Shown here piece by piece: positions 9,666-18,868 of a stretch of 64,000 nt of DNA. Position numbers and translations under genes: made by a program. This DNA comes from a virus. Taxonomy: Duplodnaviria; Caudoviricetes. The DNA lies in the IMG/VR virus record IMGVR_UViG_3300021364_000005; one strand, written 5' to 3'. The notes beneath the pieces were generated by a model. It was not told where the DNA came from. It was given only the letters and a program-made list of their open reading frames with translations, and did not search any database. How positions within the stretch are numbered: position 1 is the stretch's first letter; every line of letters starts with the position of its first letter.

Positions 9666-10687
9666 AAAAATGTTTATACCCACAAAATGTTCTTATTGTA
9701 GGCAATGATGGAAGTACTATTAGTTGCCCACTTGAGTTTGCTAATGAAAAATTAGCAAATATTTCTGATGGGTTAGATAATGCGTGGAATAATCCTGCAT
9801 ATGACAACTTTAGAAATAATCTTGATACATATTTAGAAGATAAAACAAAAATTTGTTGGCAATGTAATAAGTTAGAAAAAAACGGAGCAATAAGTTTACG
9901 TACAGAAAACAAACCATTATCTGATAATGTCGAATTAAAAGCAATACAATTTAAATTAAGTAACAGATGTCAATTAGTATGTGCCCATTGCGGACCTTTA
10001 CTTAGTAGCAGTTGGGCAAAATTTATAGGAAGACCAGATATTATCGAAGATTTTGATCTTCCTGAAAGTGTTTTAGATGAACTAGCGGAAAAAATTAAAC
10101 ACTTAAAATATATTAGGTTTACAGGCGGCGAACCTTGGATGGATCCTATTCACTGGAAAATTTTAAAAAAACTTTCAACTGTTGATAAAGGAAATTGCGA
10201 ATTACATTATATTACAAACGGACTGTCGACTTATAGAAAAGAGCTATGGGAAGGTTGGAACAAAGTTCAAATAATGCTTAGTGTAGATGGGTGCAATGAA
10301 CACTATGAGTGGTTCCGTAGAGGCGCAGCTTGGGATAAATTATATCAAGCATACGAGAATTTAAAACTAATTAGTAATGTAAATATAAAAATTAATTACA
10401 GTCTCACACCTTGGACTATAGAATCGTTGGATAAAACGAGAAGTTATTTTGATGAAGAATTGGGTGTTGTGCCTATAATGTCTCCTGCTCATTGTAGTAT
10501 AGCAAGTATTACTACAGATGAATATGAATATTTGGGCTTGACAAATTATTCAGAATATAGTAATATAATAGGAAGTAATCCTAAGTCTTTGAAATCTTTA
10601 AAGTCTTGGGCAACAACATGGGATATACGATGGAAAACAAACAACTGGGCAGAACAGATTCACCCGTGGTTAAATCTTATAAATTAG
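9662..10687 (+). CDS. Radical SAM enzyme with N-terminal twitch-like motif
   Basis: CLYP..SCP, CWQC, CQLVCAHC, TGGEP, SVDG. Confidence 0.88.
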   Translation: MKKCLYPQNVLIVGNDGSTISCPLEFANEKLANISDGLDNAWNNPAYDNFRNNLDTYLEDKTKICWQCNKLEKNGAISLRTENKPLSDNVELKAIQFKLSNRCQLVCAHCGPLLSSSWAKFIGRPDIIEDFDLPESVLDELAEKIKHLKYIRFTGGEPWMDPIHWKILKKLSTVDKGNCELHYITNGLSTYRKELWEGWNKVQIMLSVDGCNEHYEWFRRGAAWDKLYQAYENLKLISNVNIKINYSLTPWTIESLDKTRSYFDEELGVVPIMSPAHCSIASITTDEYEYLGLTNYSEYSNIIGSNPKSLKSLKSWATTWDIRWKTNNWAEQIHPWLNLIN

Positions 10688-11259
10688 AAGATTATCCTAT
10701 GCAGGATATTTTAAAGTTTGCTGAAAGGGCAAGCTATTACAAAGAAGATCCTGCAAGTGTTAATATGTGGCATAGGCATTGGCATGACCGTCCTGAAACA
10801 TTGCCGTACTTGATTTTTTGTAGCGAACGATTTGCAAACGGAAATGGGCAATTTTTTGTAACAACCTTTGATGACAAGTTAGTTGCTATTAGTGGTATAC
10901 AGGTAAGCCCGTTCAGCAAAGAAATTGCTTTAGGTGGTGTAAGGTCTTGGGTCAATCCTGAGCTAAGAGGAAGATTTGTTATTGGTAGGCATTTATTACC
11001 TTTACAAAAACAATGGGCAATTGATAACGGTATTAAAGCAATATGTCTTACATTTAACAGTTATAATAAAAAACTAATTAATTATTTTAAACGTTCTGGT
11101 TTGGGTATAAAGAAAAACAGAAATCCTAACAGTATGTTTTTTAACGGTGTACACGAAGTACCGCATACTTGTAATATTCAATACACCGAACAATGGGTAA
11201 TTTATGATAAGATTGATTTAGATTTTGAATTCGACTGGAGTAAAATAAAACATGAATAA
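10606..11259 (+). CDS. GNAT-family N-acetyl/acyltransferase (start uncertain: 10630, 10666 or 10699)
   Basis: GGVRSWVNPELRGRFVIGRHLL acyl-CoA binding motif. Confidence 0.7.
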   Translation: MGNNMGYTMENKQLGRTDSPVVKSYKLEDYPMQDILKFAERASYYKEDPASVNMWHRHWHDRPETLPYLIFCSERFANGNGQFFVTTFDDKLVAISGIQVSPFSKEIALGGVRSWVNPELRGRFVIGRHLLPLQKQWAIDNGIKAICLTFNSYNKKLINYFKRSGLGIKKNRNPNSMFFNGVHEVPHTCNIQYTEQWVIYDKIDLDFEFDWSKIKHE

Positions 11260-12022
11260 ATACCATATGATGTTCCAATCTAAAACTAACACATTAAATG
11301 TAATACAAGCCGGCTGCTTAATTTTAGCACTAGCCGGTTTTCCATTTATTGAATTTACATTAGGAAATATTGTTATAGCAGTGTTATTCTTTTACGTGTT
11401 TAGTATTCTTGGTTTAAGTTTGACACTACATAGATATTATTCTCACAAAAGTTTTAAGTTTAAAAATGAAACACTTAGACAGATTTTTTCTCATATTGCT
11501 TTATTAGCAGGACGAGGAAGCCCTTTAGGCTGGGTGTATATACATAGGTTGCATCACAGATATTCTGATACAGAACAAGATCCACACGGACCTACTAGTA
11601 TGGGATTTAGATTGCTTGGGTTTGCTCCAAGAGACGAAGAGAAGGATAAAGTAAAAGTCTTTATGATTAAAGACATGATGACGCCTGAACATCTACGTTG
11701 GCATAATTATTACCTTCTATATATCCTTGGTTTTGTAATAGTTCTTGGATTAATCAATTTTGAATTGCTATATTTTATTTGGGTGCTTCCTGTTTTAGGA
11801 ATACAATTTAGTCAAAATTGTTTTAACTATTTTGCACACAAATGGGGTTATAGGAATCATGCTACAAAAGATGATAGTACAAATAATATTTGGCTATGGC
11901 CGTTCATTTGGGGCGATGCCTGGCACAATAACCATCATAACAATCTAGTAAAAATGACAACAAAGGAAAATTGGTGGGAATTTGATCCAGTAGTTCCTAT
12001 CTCTAGTATAATTAGGAAATAA
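11252..12022 (+). CDS. Delta-9-type membrane fatty acid desaturase
   Basis: His boxes HRYYSH, HRLHH, HNNHH; TM helices; WWEFD. Confidence 0.92.
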   Translation: MNKYHMMFQSKTNTLNVIQAGCLILALAGFPFIEFTLGNIVIAVLFFYVFSILGLSLTLHRYYSHKSFKFKNETLRQIFSHIALLAGRGSPLGWVYIHRLHHRYSDTEQDPHGPTSMGFRLLGFAPRDEEKDKVKVFMIKDMMTPEHLRWHNYYLLYILGFVIVLGLINFELLYFIWVLPVLGIQFSQNCFNYFAHKWGYRNHATKDDSTNNIWLWPFIWGDAWHNNHHNNLVKMTTKENWWEFDPVVPISSIIRK

Positions 12023-12025
12023 ATA
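12019..12025 (+). promoter_or_regulatory. T4-late-like promoter, leaderless
   Basis: ATAAATA-cgtt-ATG. Confidence 0.65.
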
Positions 12026-12029
12026 CGTT

Positions 12030-12803
12030 ATGCATTTATTAAAGAGTAATACACTTATTGCACAACTTGTGCTACTAATTTCAGCTATTGGTACAGCAAT
12101 AGGTTACTATACCTATGGTTTTACTTTAGGTACAATCCTATTACCTATATTAGGATATTTTCTATATGTAGGACTTGGAATAAGTGTAACCTTCCATAGG
12201 TATTTGACACACAAAGCATATGAAACTTATCCTATTTTAGTTAAAATTGGAACTTTGTTAGGATCACTTAGCAATACTGGTAGTAGTATTGTTTGGGTTG
12301 CAATACATATGAATCATCATCGTCATGCTGATACTGAAAAAGACCCACATAGTCCTAGACACCAAGGACTTAAAACTTTTGCATTAGAATACGATTTAGA
12401 TACCAGTCGTGTTAGATGGAAAATGAAACATCTGATCGGAGATCCATTCCATATGTTTTTGCATAAGTACTACTTTGCTGTTATTGCAGCTTGGAGTTTG
12501 CTTCTGTTTTTAATTGGTGGATTTTATTTAATGGTATTTTTACATTGGTTTCCTATGATCATTAGCGGCGTAATGAGTAATATTGTAAACTATATTGGCC
12601 ATAAGCCAGACTGGTGGGGCGGTTATAGACGTTATGATACTCGTGACGATAGCATAAACAATTGGTTATGGGCAATACCAAGTTGGGGCGAAACACTACA
12701 TAATAATCATCATAAACGCCCATACAGTGCTACTCATGGAGAACGCTGGTGGGAAATTGACATCGGTGGTTATATTGTAAGGATGATTCGTACGGATGTT
12801 TAA
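12030..12803 (+). CDS. Delta-9-type membrane fatty acid desaturase (second paralog)
   Basis: HRYLTH, HMNHH, HNNHH; WWEID. Confidence 0.92.
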   Translation: MHLLKSNTLIAQLVLLISAIGTAIGYYTYGFTLGTILLPILGYFLYVGLGISVTFHRYLTHKAYETYPILVKIGTLLGSLSNTGSSIVWVAIHMNHHRHADTEKDPHSPRHQGLKTFALEYDLDTSRVRWKMKHLIGDPFHMFLHKYYFAVIAAWSLLLFLIGGFYLMVFLHWFPMIISGVMSNIVNYIGHKPDWWGGYRRYDTRDDSINNWLWAIPSWGETLHNNHHKRPYSATHGERWWEIDIGGYIVRMIRTDV

Positions 12804-14370
12804 AGGTGTTAATTGTATTCTGTTCACAGGCAGTAGTAGAACAGATCCGTTCCGCACACAAGAAAAACTAGACAGTGCATATGCTCAAGTAATACGTCCT
12901 TTGGGTGCGTATCAAATTGCAAATTTACTTAGGCAAGAAGGATATACTGTACAAGTTATAGACAGATATCCTTGGATTATTAGGAATTCTGATGATTTGT
13001 TTCCTATTCTTGAAAGGTATCTAGGTGAAGATACATTATGGATAGGGTATAGTAATACCTTTTTTGAGCATAGAATACAACAAAGTAAAATAAAAGATGG
13101 TTATCAAAGTCCTGAAGCAGACAGTATTGTTCTTAGCGACAGGGGAGTTCGCTATCTGAAAAGAAAAGCGTATGAAGCAAATCCTAATATAAAATTTTTA
13201 GTAGGCGGAGCAAAGACTTGGAGATGGAGCCAAGGCGACGAAAGGTTATTTGATTACTATGTTGAAGGCTATGCAGACGAAGCAGTCATACGCTTAACTA
13301 ATTATTTGGCAGGCAAAGGCGAAAAGCCGCCTATGAAAAAGAATGATGATGAACATAGTTATACAATTAACTATGATCAAAAAGGCAGCCTGTTTGATTT
13401 CAACAATAGTCATCACCATTGGCACGAAAGTGATCATTTAATGTGGGGAGAATCTCTTCCTATCGAAATTGCAAGGGGTTGTATTTTTAAATGTGCTTAT
13501 TGTAGTTTTCCATTAAATGGAAAGAAGAAACTAGACTTTATACGTGATCCGCAAAAACTCATAGATGAGCTAACAGAAAATTACGAAAAGTACGGAGTCT
13601 ATCAATACATTTATAGTGACGATACACACAACGATAGTGTAGAAAAGTTAGAGTTGTTATATAACAAAGTTTATAGTAAACTACCTTTTAAAATTGAATT
13701 TAGCACTTACTTAAGATTAGACCTTTTAGCTGCTCATAGCCATACTATAGAATTACTTCACGCAAGCGGATTGAGAGGAACATTTTTTGGAATTGAAAGT
13801 TTCAATCATGAAGCAAATAAAACTGTGGGCAAAGGTGCAAGTGAACAAAAAATCTGGGATAACTTATACAAATGTAAAGAAGTATGGAAAGATGACGTTG
13901 TAATACATAGTGGTTTAATAGTAGGATTGCCAAATGATAGTGCAAAAACTATTACTGCTTGGCTTGAAAAAGCAGTTGCTCCTGATAGTCCTATAGACTT
14001 TAGTATGATAGCAGAATTACAAATATTTCCAAAGTGGGGTAGAGATAGTCACTGGATGAATAAGATAGAGTTAAATCCGGATTTTTACGGTTATAAATTT
14101 GATGATCCTGAAAATGACTGGAATTGGACAAATAATACAGGACTTACAAAAATTCAAGCTATGGACATTGCACAGGTTTATAGACAAAAACAACTTCTTA
14201 ATAAACCTAATATGGGATGGATGACTTATTTACGCTGTGCAAGTGTAGGGCAAACAGTTGAGCAATATAAAAATACAACAATGAAAGAACACGTAGTTAT
14301 ACGAGATAAAGTTTTTCGTGACTACTGTGACAAACTATTAAATGCAGACGTTTCAATTCACAGAAAATAA
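12796..14370 (+). CDS. B12-binding radical SAM enzyme (class B methylase-like)
   Basis: PLGAYQIANLLRQEGYTVQVID cobalamin-domain start; EIARGCIFKCAYC; FFGIESF. Confidence 0.85.
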   Translation: MFKGVNCILFTGSSRTDPFRTQEKLDSAYAQVIRPLGAYQIANLLRQEGYTVQVIDRYPWIIRNSDDLFPILERYLGEDTLWIGYSNTFFEHRIQQSKIKDGYQSPEADSIVLSDRGVRYLKRKAYEANPNIKFLVGGAKTWRWSQGDERLFDYYVEGYADEAVIRLTNYLAGKGEKPPMKKNDDEHSYTINYDQKGSLFDFNNSHHHWHESDHLMWGESLPIEIARGCIFKCAYCSFPLNGKKKLDFIRDPQKLIDELTENYEKYGVYQYIYSDDTHNDSVEKLELLYNKVYSKLPFKIEFSTYLRLDLLAAHSHTIELLHASGLRGTFFGIESFNHEANKTVGKGASEQKIWDNLYKCKEVWKDDVVIHSGLIVGLPNDSAKTITAWLEKAVAPDSPIDFSMIAELQIFPKWGRDSHWMNKIELNPDFYGYKFDDPENDWNWTNNTGLTKIQAMDIAQVYRQKQLLNKPNMGWMTYLRCASVGQTVEQYKNTTMKEHVVIRDKVFRDYCDKLLNADVSIHRK

Positions 14371-15295
14371 TTGGTCAAGTTGGCGATACAACGAAGGAGA
14401 TCTGCATAGTAGAAGTCCTAGTGACGATGCAGTCTTTGAAGTTGTATACAAGCAACAGCAAGTTAAAATAGGTACACTATGGCAAGAAGCAGTAAAAGGT
14501 GCTAAAAGCACTATTGATGCTCATCCTGGAAAAAAGCCTAGTTTATTTTTTAGTGGGGGTGTTGATAGTGAAGTTATGCTTAGAGCATTTATTCATATAG
14601 GTTCTAATCCCGATGTATATATTGTTAGATATAATAATGATATAAATTTGTACGATGTAAGTTATGCTGTGTCAATTTGTAATTCTCTTGGTGTTGACTT
14701 TAAAATTATTGATATTAATTTGTTTAAGTTTTTTGAAAATGATGCAGAACAAATAAGCGAACTTGCACAATGTGATAGACCAAGAATGCTTCCACAGTTA
14801 TCCTTTGCAGATTATGTAGATGGCCTTCCAATCTTATGTATGGCAGATATTACATGGCAGCGCAGCGATTCTGATTATACCAAAAAAGGCATTTGGAAAG
14901 CATGGGAAATAGAAAGCGACTGTGCGTGTGATAGGTATAATATTGCTGTTGGCAGGGAAGCAATTTATCAATGGGGCAGATGGTCACCTGGTATATTACT
15001 AGCGCACACAAGATGGGAATGGTTTCATAAACTTATAAATGACAAGTATTACGGAAAGTTAGGAAATAGCAGCACTAAGTTTGAAGGATTTAGCAGTGAA
15101 TTTCCTGATATGATTCCTAGAAAGAAAAAAGTTGGCTTCGAAAAATGCGAAGATGTTATAAGTGAATTTGAAAGTTTTCTAAAAAAGAAATATAATGGAT
15201 TACCATTTCGTAGGCAAAGTGAATACACATTAGACGAAATGTGGTTTAAAATTACTGGTAAGAACTACGCTGCCAATAACGTTTTGGCTCTGTAG
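14342..15295 (+). CDS. PP-loop (adenine nucleotide alpha-hydrolase) ATP pyrophosphatase-like protein
   Basis: LFFSGGVDSE. Confidence 0.75.
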   Translation: MQTFQFTENNWSSWRYNEGDLHSRSPSDDAVFEVVYKQQQVKIGTLWQEAVKGAKSTIDAHPGKKPSLFFSGGVDSEVMLRAFIHIGSNPDVYIVRYNNDINLYDVSYAVSICNSLGVDFKIIDINLFKFFENDAEQISELAQCDRPRMLPQLSFADYVDGLPILCMADITWQRSDSDYTKKGIWKAWEIESDCACDRYNIAVGREAIYQWGRWSPGILLAHTRWEWFHKLINDKYYGKLGNSSTKFEGFSSEFPDMIPRKKKVGFEKCEDVISEFESFLKKKYNGLPFRRQSEYTLDEMWFKITGKNYAANNVLAL

Positions 15296-16154
15296 AGTTT
15301 GTTAAGAAATTTATTGTTTCTTCAATGTTTAAGAATACTTGATTCTCTCTGTACCTGTGTTCCATACCATTAATGATATAATCTATTTTCTCACAACCTT
15401 GATATTTTGGTACATATATTAATTCATCTTTCCAATTCTTTCCGTAAAAGATTGGTTTGATAAACAAGTCCCAATAGTTAATAACACTAATAGGTTCTTC
15501 TTCTAAGTAAGACAGCCCTTTCATTTGGTAATAGTCCCATGCATTACAAAATGCTGTTACTGTGCCGTCTTGTAAAACACTAAGCAATATATGCTCGTCT
15601 TTTTCGAAACCCACTGCTGTACGGTCGTTACACAGCGTCTTGTGTGCCCTTAAACGTGCATACTCTACACTGTTTGCTGTTTCTAGCAGGTAGTGTTTTC
15701 CATTATGTACATAAGGATCTGGACCATTAAATCCTTCTACTAGTGTTGTATTTTTTGGAAGTTTATTTAAGAAAAATGCGTGTAGTATTTGATTAGGTGG
15801 GATTTGCAGATCTTCTGATGTAGCAATTATATCATCCTTCACTTCGTATGGATCTATCTTAATTATTGTTACATCTATATTAAACTTATCTACACAAGCC
15901 TTTACGTTTTCTAGTTCATTGTCATTGTAATTAGGAAGATGTAAAAACGCACAATCTATTTGAATGCCTGCATCTTGAAAAGCTAAAAGGGTTGCTTGAC
16001 TATCCAACCCTCCGCTAAAACTTAAAATTAAATTATTGTAATTATTTTTTATAAAGTTAGCCCGCTCAGTAAACTCCTGTCTAACAGAACCTACTGGGCG
16101 GGTAACTGGGTGCAAATCTATATAGAATTTGCCATCTTCAAAACCGTATGACAT
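15252..16154 (-). CDS. PP-loop ATP pyrophosphatase-like protein
   Basis: LSFSGGLDSQ. Confidence 0.75.
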   Translation of the reverse strand: MSYGFEDGKFYIDLHPVTRPVGSVRQEFTERANFIKNNYNNLILSFSGGLDSQATLLAFQDAGIQIDCAFLHLPNYNDNELENVKACVDKFNIDVTIIKIDPYEVKDDIIATSEDLQIPPNQILHAFFLNKLPKNTTLVEGFNGPDPYVHNGKHYLLETANSVEYARLRAHKTLCNDRTAVGFEKDEHILLSVLQDGTVTAFCNAWDYYQMKGLSYLEEEPISVINYWDLFIKPIFYGKNWKDELIYVPKYQGCEKIDYIINGMEHRYRENQVFLNIEETINFLTNSTEPKRYWQRSSYQ

Positions 16155-16669
16155 TATGCAGTTTTGGGTTTTCTACCACGTTTCTTAGGTGCTTCCTTCT
16201 TAGGTGCTTCCTCGGCTAAGCTAGGATCCATTAGCTCTGTAACGGTTCTCATCCAAGGGAAGATATTCCATACACGTTCGTGTGCATAATACAAGAACAT
16301 ATTAATAGCTGTTGAAAGTCCAGCAAAGATTGTTGCTGATCCCCAGCTTCCTGTTACTAAGAAAGGAATAATAAAATTATTAGATGTAATGACTGCACGC
16401 CATGTAATCATTTTTAAAACTGCACGAAATTCTCTTTCGTCAAATGTCTCGTCTTTTTGCTTTCTAAGCAGCGAGAAAAAATTCCAAATTCTTTCATGTA
16501 ACCAGTACAAGAAACTATTAATAATAGTAGCAATACCAGCAATCTTAAGCCCAACTAGTAAACTACCAGTTGCTAAGAAGCCATTTACTACATGAGAGAT
16601 TGTAAGTAATACTCTCCATGAAACCATCTTAGAGATAGTTCTGTATTGTCTTTCATTGAACTTTACCAT
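16154..16669 (-). CDS. Membrane protein with two DUF2061-like repeats
   Basis: RTISKMVSWR...YWLHERIWN repeated as RAVLKMITWR...YYAHERVWN; AAGGAG SD. Confidence 0.7.
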   Translation of the reverse strand: MVKFNERQYRTISKMVSWRVLLTISHVVNGFLATGSLLVGLKIAGIATIINSFLYWLHERIWNFFSLLRKQKDETFDEREFRAVLKMITWRAVITSNNFIIPFLVTGSWGSATIFAGLSTAINMFLYYAHERVWNIFPWMRTVTELMDPSLAEEAPKKEAPKKRGRKPKTA

Positions 16670-16697
16670 GAGATCTCCTTTTGTATAAAGTACGTAG

Positions 16698-17882
16698 TTA
16701 TTTATTGATGATTAATTTTTCAGGGATTATTTCTGAATTCATACGACCTACTTCAAATTGCTTTCCATGTATTTGTAATCCGTCTGCAAATCCGTGTTCG
16801 TAGGCTATAAAATTGCTTGCATTTTTCTTTACATAATCTAAACCTTCTAACCATATAGCGTGTTCTTTAGTTCCTTGATAGCCATTTATCCACCAATGAT
16901 CAAATTCAGAATACCAGTCTAAAGTTGCTTTATCTGCTTGCCACCAATTGTCATTCCACGTAGAATATATTAGTGGACGTAATTCTCTTTCGTGTATATG
17001 TCTATACACGTCAGCAGTCATATTTTTATGAAACCACCATTTTTGTTTGTTTGGATTAGCCTCTAACCATCGTTTAATTACGAATGCTTGTTTTGCTACA
17101 ATTGGTAATCCTTCAGGACACCAATAAAAATACTCAACTACACTGTTGTCATACTCTTTAATATGATTAGCAACGGTAATTATGTTAGTAGCTCTGTCAG
17201 CAAATCTTACGTAAAATTTACCATTTGAATGTATAAAACATCTAGGCTTTTCAATACCTAAAACAAGTGCAATTTTTTTCTCTTTATCAAAGCGTTTTCT
17301 AACTTCATTGAAATGCAAATAATTAAAACGTGTAACATTTAAAGGGTTAAGCCCTTCTTTTTTACCTTGTATCCAACTAGCATCTTTAGCAGTTAGCCAA
17401 TGTTCAAACAGGTATTCTGTCATATCAGTAACTGTAATTTTTATTTTAGGATATTTTTTATTGATTTCTTTTAATCTTGGTATAGTTTGTAAATCGTGTT
17501 CAGCTGCCGCATTCCTTGGATCTTTATTACTAGGATCTATTACAGTGTATTTTCTACTAGCAGATTCCATCGTATTACAAATTAATTCGTCAACGTGTAG
17601 TCCTTGACGTAAAAAGCTCATCAAAACATTATGGCTGTCAGCACCTCCGCTGTAACTTATCATTATATAATCGTATTCTTCTCTGAGTTGTTTTGCACGT
17701 TTATCATACAGTTGATCTAACGTCTCTTTTGGTTCTATATTCCAAGGAAACATATCCATAGCCAAATTATTAAAATGCCATTTGACTTCTGCATTTTGTG
17801 TTTGTGCATAAAAACAAGCATCTAGTTTGCTTTCAAACTCAATGCTATTAACAGAGTAATACCCTAGTTTTTTATTCATCAC
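16698..17882 (-). CDS. PP-loop ATP pyrophosphatase-like protein (paralog of 20571..21773)
   Basis: ISYSGGADSHN. Confidence 0.78.
   Translation of the reverse strand: MMNKKLGYYSVNSIEFESKLDACFYAQTQNAEVKWHFNNLAMDMFPWNIEPKETLDQLYDKRAKQLREEYDYIMISYSGGADSHNVLMSFLRQGLHVDELICNTMESASRKYTVIDPSNKDPRNAAAEHDLQTIPRLKEINKKYPKIKITVTDMTEYLFEHWLTAKDASWIQGKKEGLNPLNVTRFNYLHFNEVRKRFDKEKKIALVLGIEKPRCFIHSNGKFYVRFADRATNIITVANHIKEYDNSVVEYFYWCPEGLPIVAKQAFVIKRWLEANPNKQKWWFHKNMTADVYRHIHERELRPLIYSTWNDNWWQADKATLDWYSEFDHWWINGYQGTKEHAIWLEGLDYVKKNASNFIAYEHGFADGLQIHGKQFEVGRMNSEIIPEKLIINK
16699..16705 (-). promoter_or_regulatory. T4-late-like promoter
   Basis: ATAAATA, then a leader with AAGGAG. Confidence 0.6.
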
Positions 17883-17886
17883 AAGT

Positions 17887-17917
17887 TATTTACTCAAATA
17901 AAACACGTAGATAAATA
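17887..17917. promoter_or_regulatory. Back-to-back late-like promoters
   Basis: GTAAATA on minus (17887-17893) and ATAAATA on plus (17911-17917). Confidence 0.65.
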
Positions 17918-17923
17918 AAACTG

Positions 17924-18868
17924 ATGAGTAAAGTTTTTCCTTCAAAATATCCTATACTTGCTGCACCTATGAATCAAGTATCAGAGGTTAATTTAGCTGT
18001 TGCGTGTTATAACAGCGGAATTTTTCCTAGTATAAGCACATTATGTTTTGTAAATAATAGACAGATAGATTGGGAAGAATTAACTAGGCAACTTAATTTA
18101 TACAAAAGTCAAACACAAAGTAACAATTTATTGCTAAGTGTTCCTGACAAATTATTTTTCAGCGATACATTTCAGTGTTTAAAAGATCAAAAATTATTTT
18201 CTCATTTAGAGATTATTTGCACAGATCTAAGACTTAATGATAACATAACACTTAGTCAACATGATATTAACAATTTTAATAATTTAAACAATAAATTTCA
18301 ATCTTGGAAAAATAACGGCTATAAGTTTATCTATAAAAGTTTGGCTAGATTTGTAATTTATGATATCTATAAAAATTACAAAAATGATTTATTTGATGCA
18401 TTTGTTATTAAAGGTCCTGATGCAGCAGGAATGGTTATAGATAGGAAGAACGGTAATAACTTACTACAGGACTGTAATGAAGTTATTGAAAAATGTTCTG
18501 ATATAAAACTTATTGCATCGGGAGGTATAGGCTCAAAAAAAGATATAGATGATCTTTTACATATAGGAGTTGATAGTGTATCTTTAGGAACTATTTTTGC
18601 ATCTAGTAAGGAAAGTATATTGTCTGAAACAACAAAAACAAAAATGGTTAAGGCTGGCGCAAATAGTTTGAATAGATTTGCAAACTCCAATCAAAATGCA
18701 TTACAGTTTAGTGTTGTCAACAATGACGACTTTAATCATACTAATAGTTTAAAACAAGGAATATCTACTGGCAATCAAGGACATATTTTTGCAGGAAAGG
18801 GTATACAACACATAACGCAGATTCAATCTGTTAATAACATCGTTAAGGATTTAGTAAATGAAACGTAA
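17924..18868 (+). CDS. Nitronate monooxygenase (2-nitropropane dioxygenase)-family FMN enzyme
   Basis: YPILAAPM, KGPDAAG, LIASGGIG, LGTIF, AGKG. Confidence 0.8.
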   Translation: MSKVFPSKYPILAAPMNQVSEVNLAVACYNSGIFPSISTLCFVNNRQIDWEELTRQLNLYKSQTQSNNLLLSVPDKLFFSDTFQCLKDQKLFSHLEIICTDLRLNDNITLSQHDINNFNNLNNKFQSWKNNGYKFIYKSLARFVIYDIYKNYKNDLFDAFVIKGPDAAGMVIDRKNGNNLLQDCNEVIEKCSDIKLIASGGIGSKKDIDDLLHIGVDSVSLGTIFASSKESILSETTKTKMVKAGANSLNRFANSNQNALQFSVVNNDDFNHTNSLKQGISTGNQGHIFAGKGIQHITQIQSVNNIVKDLVNET

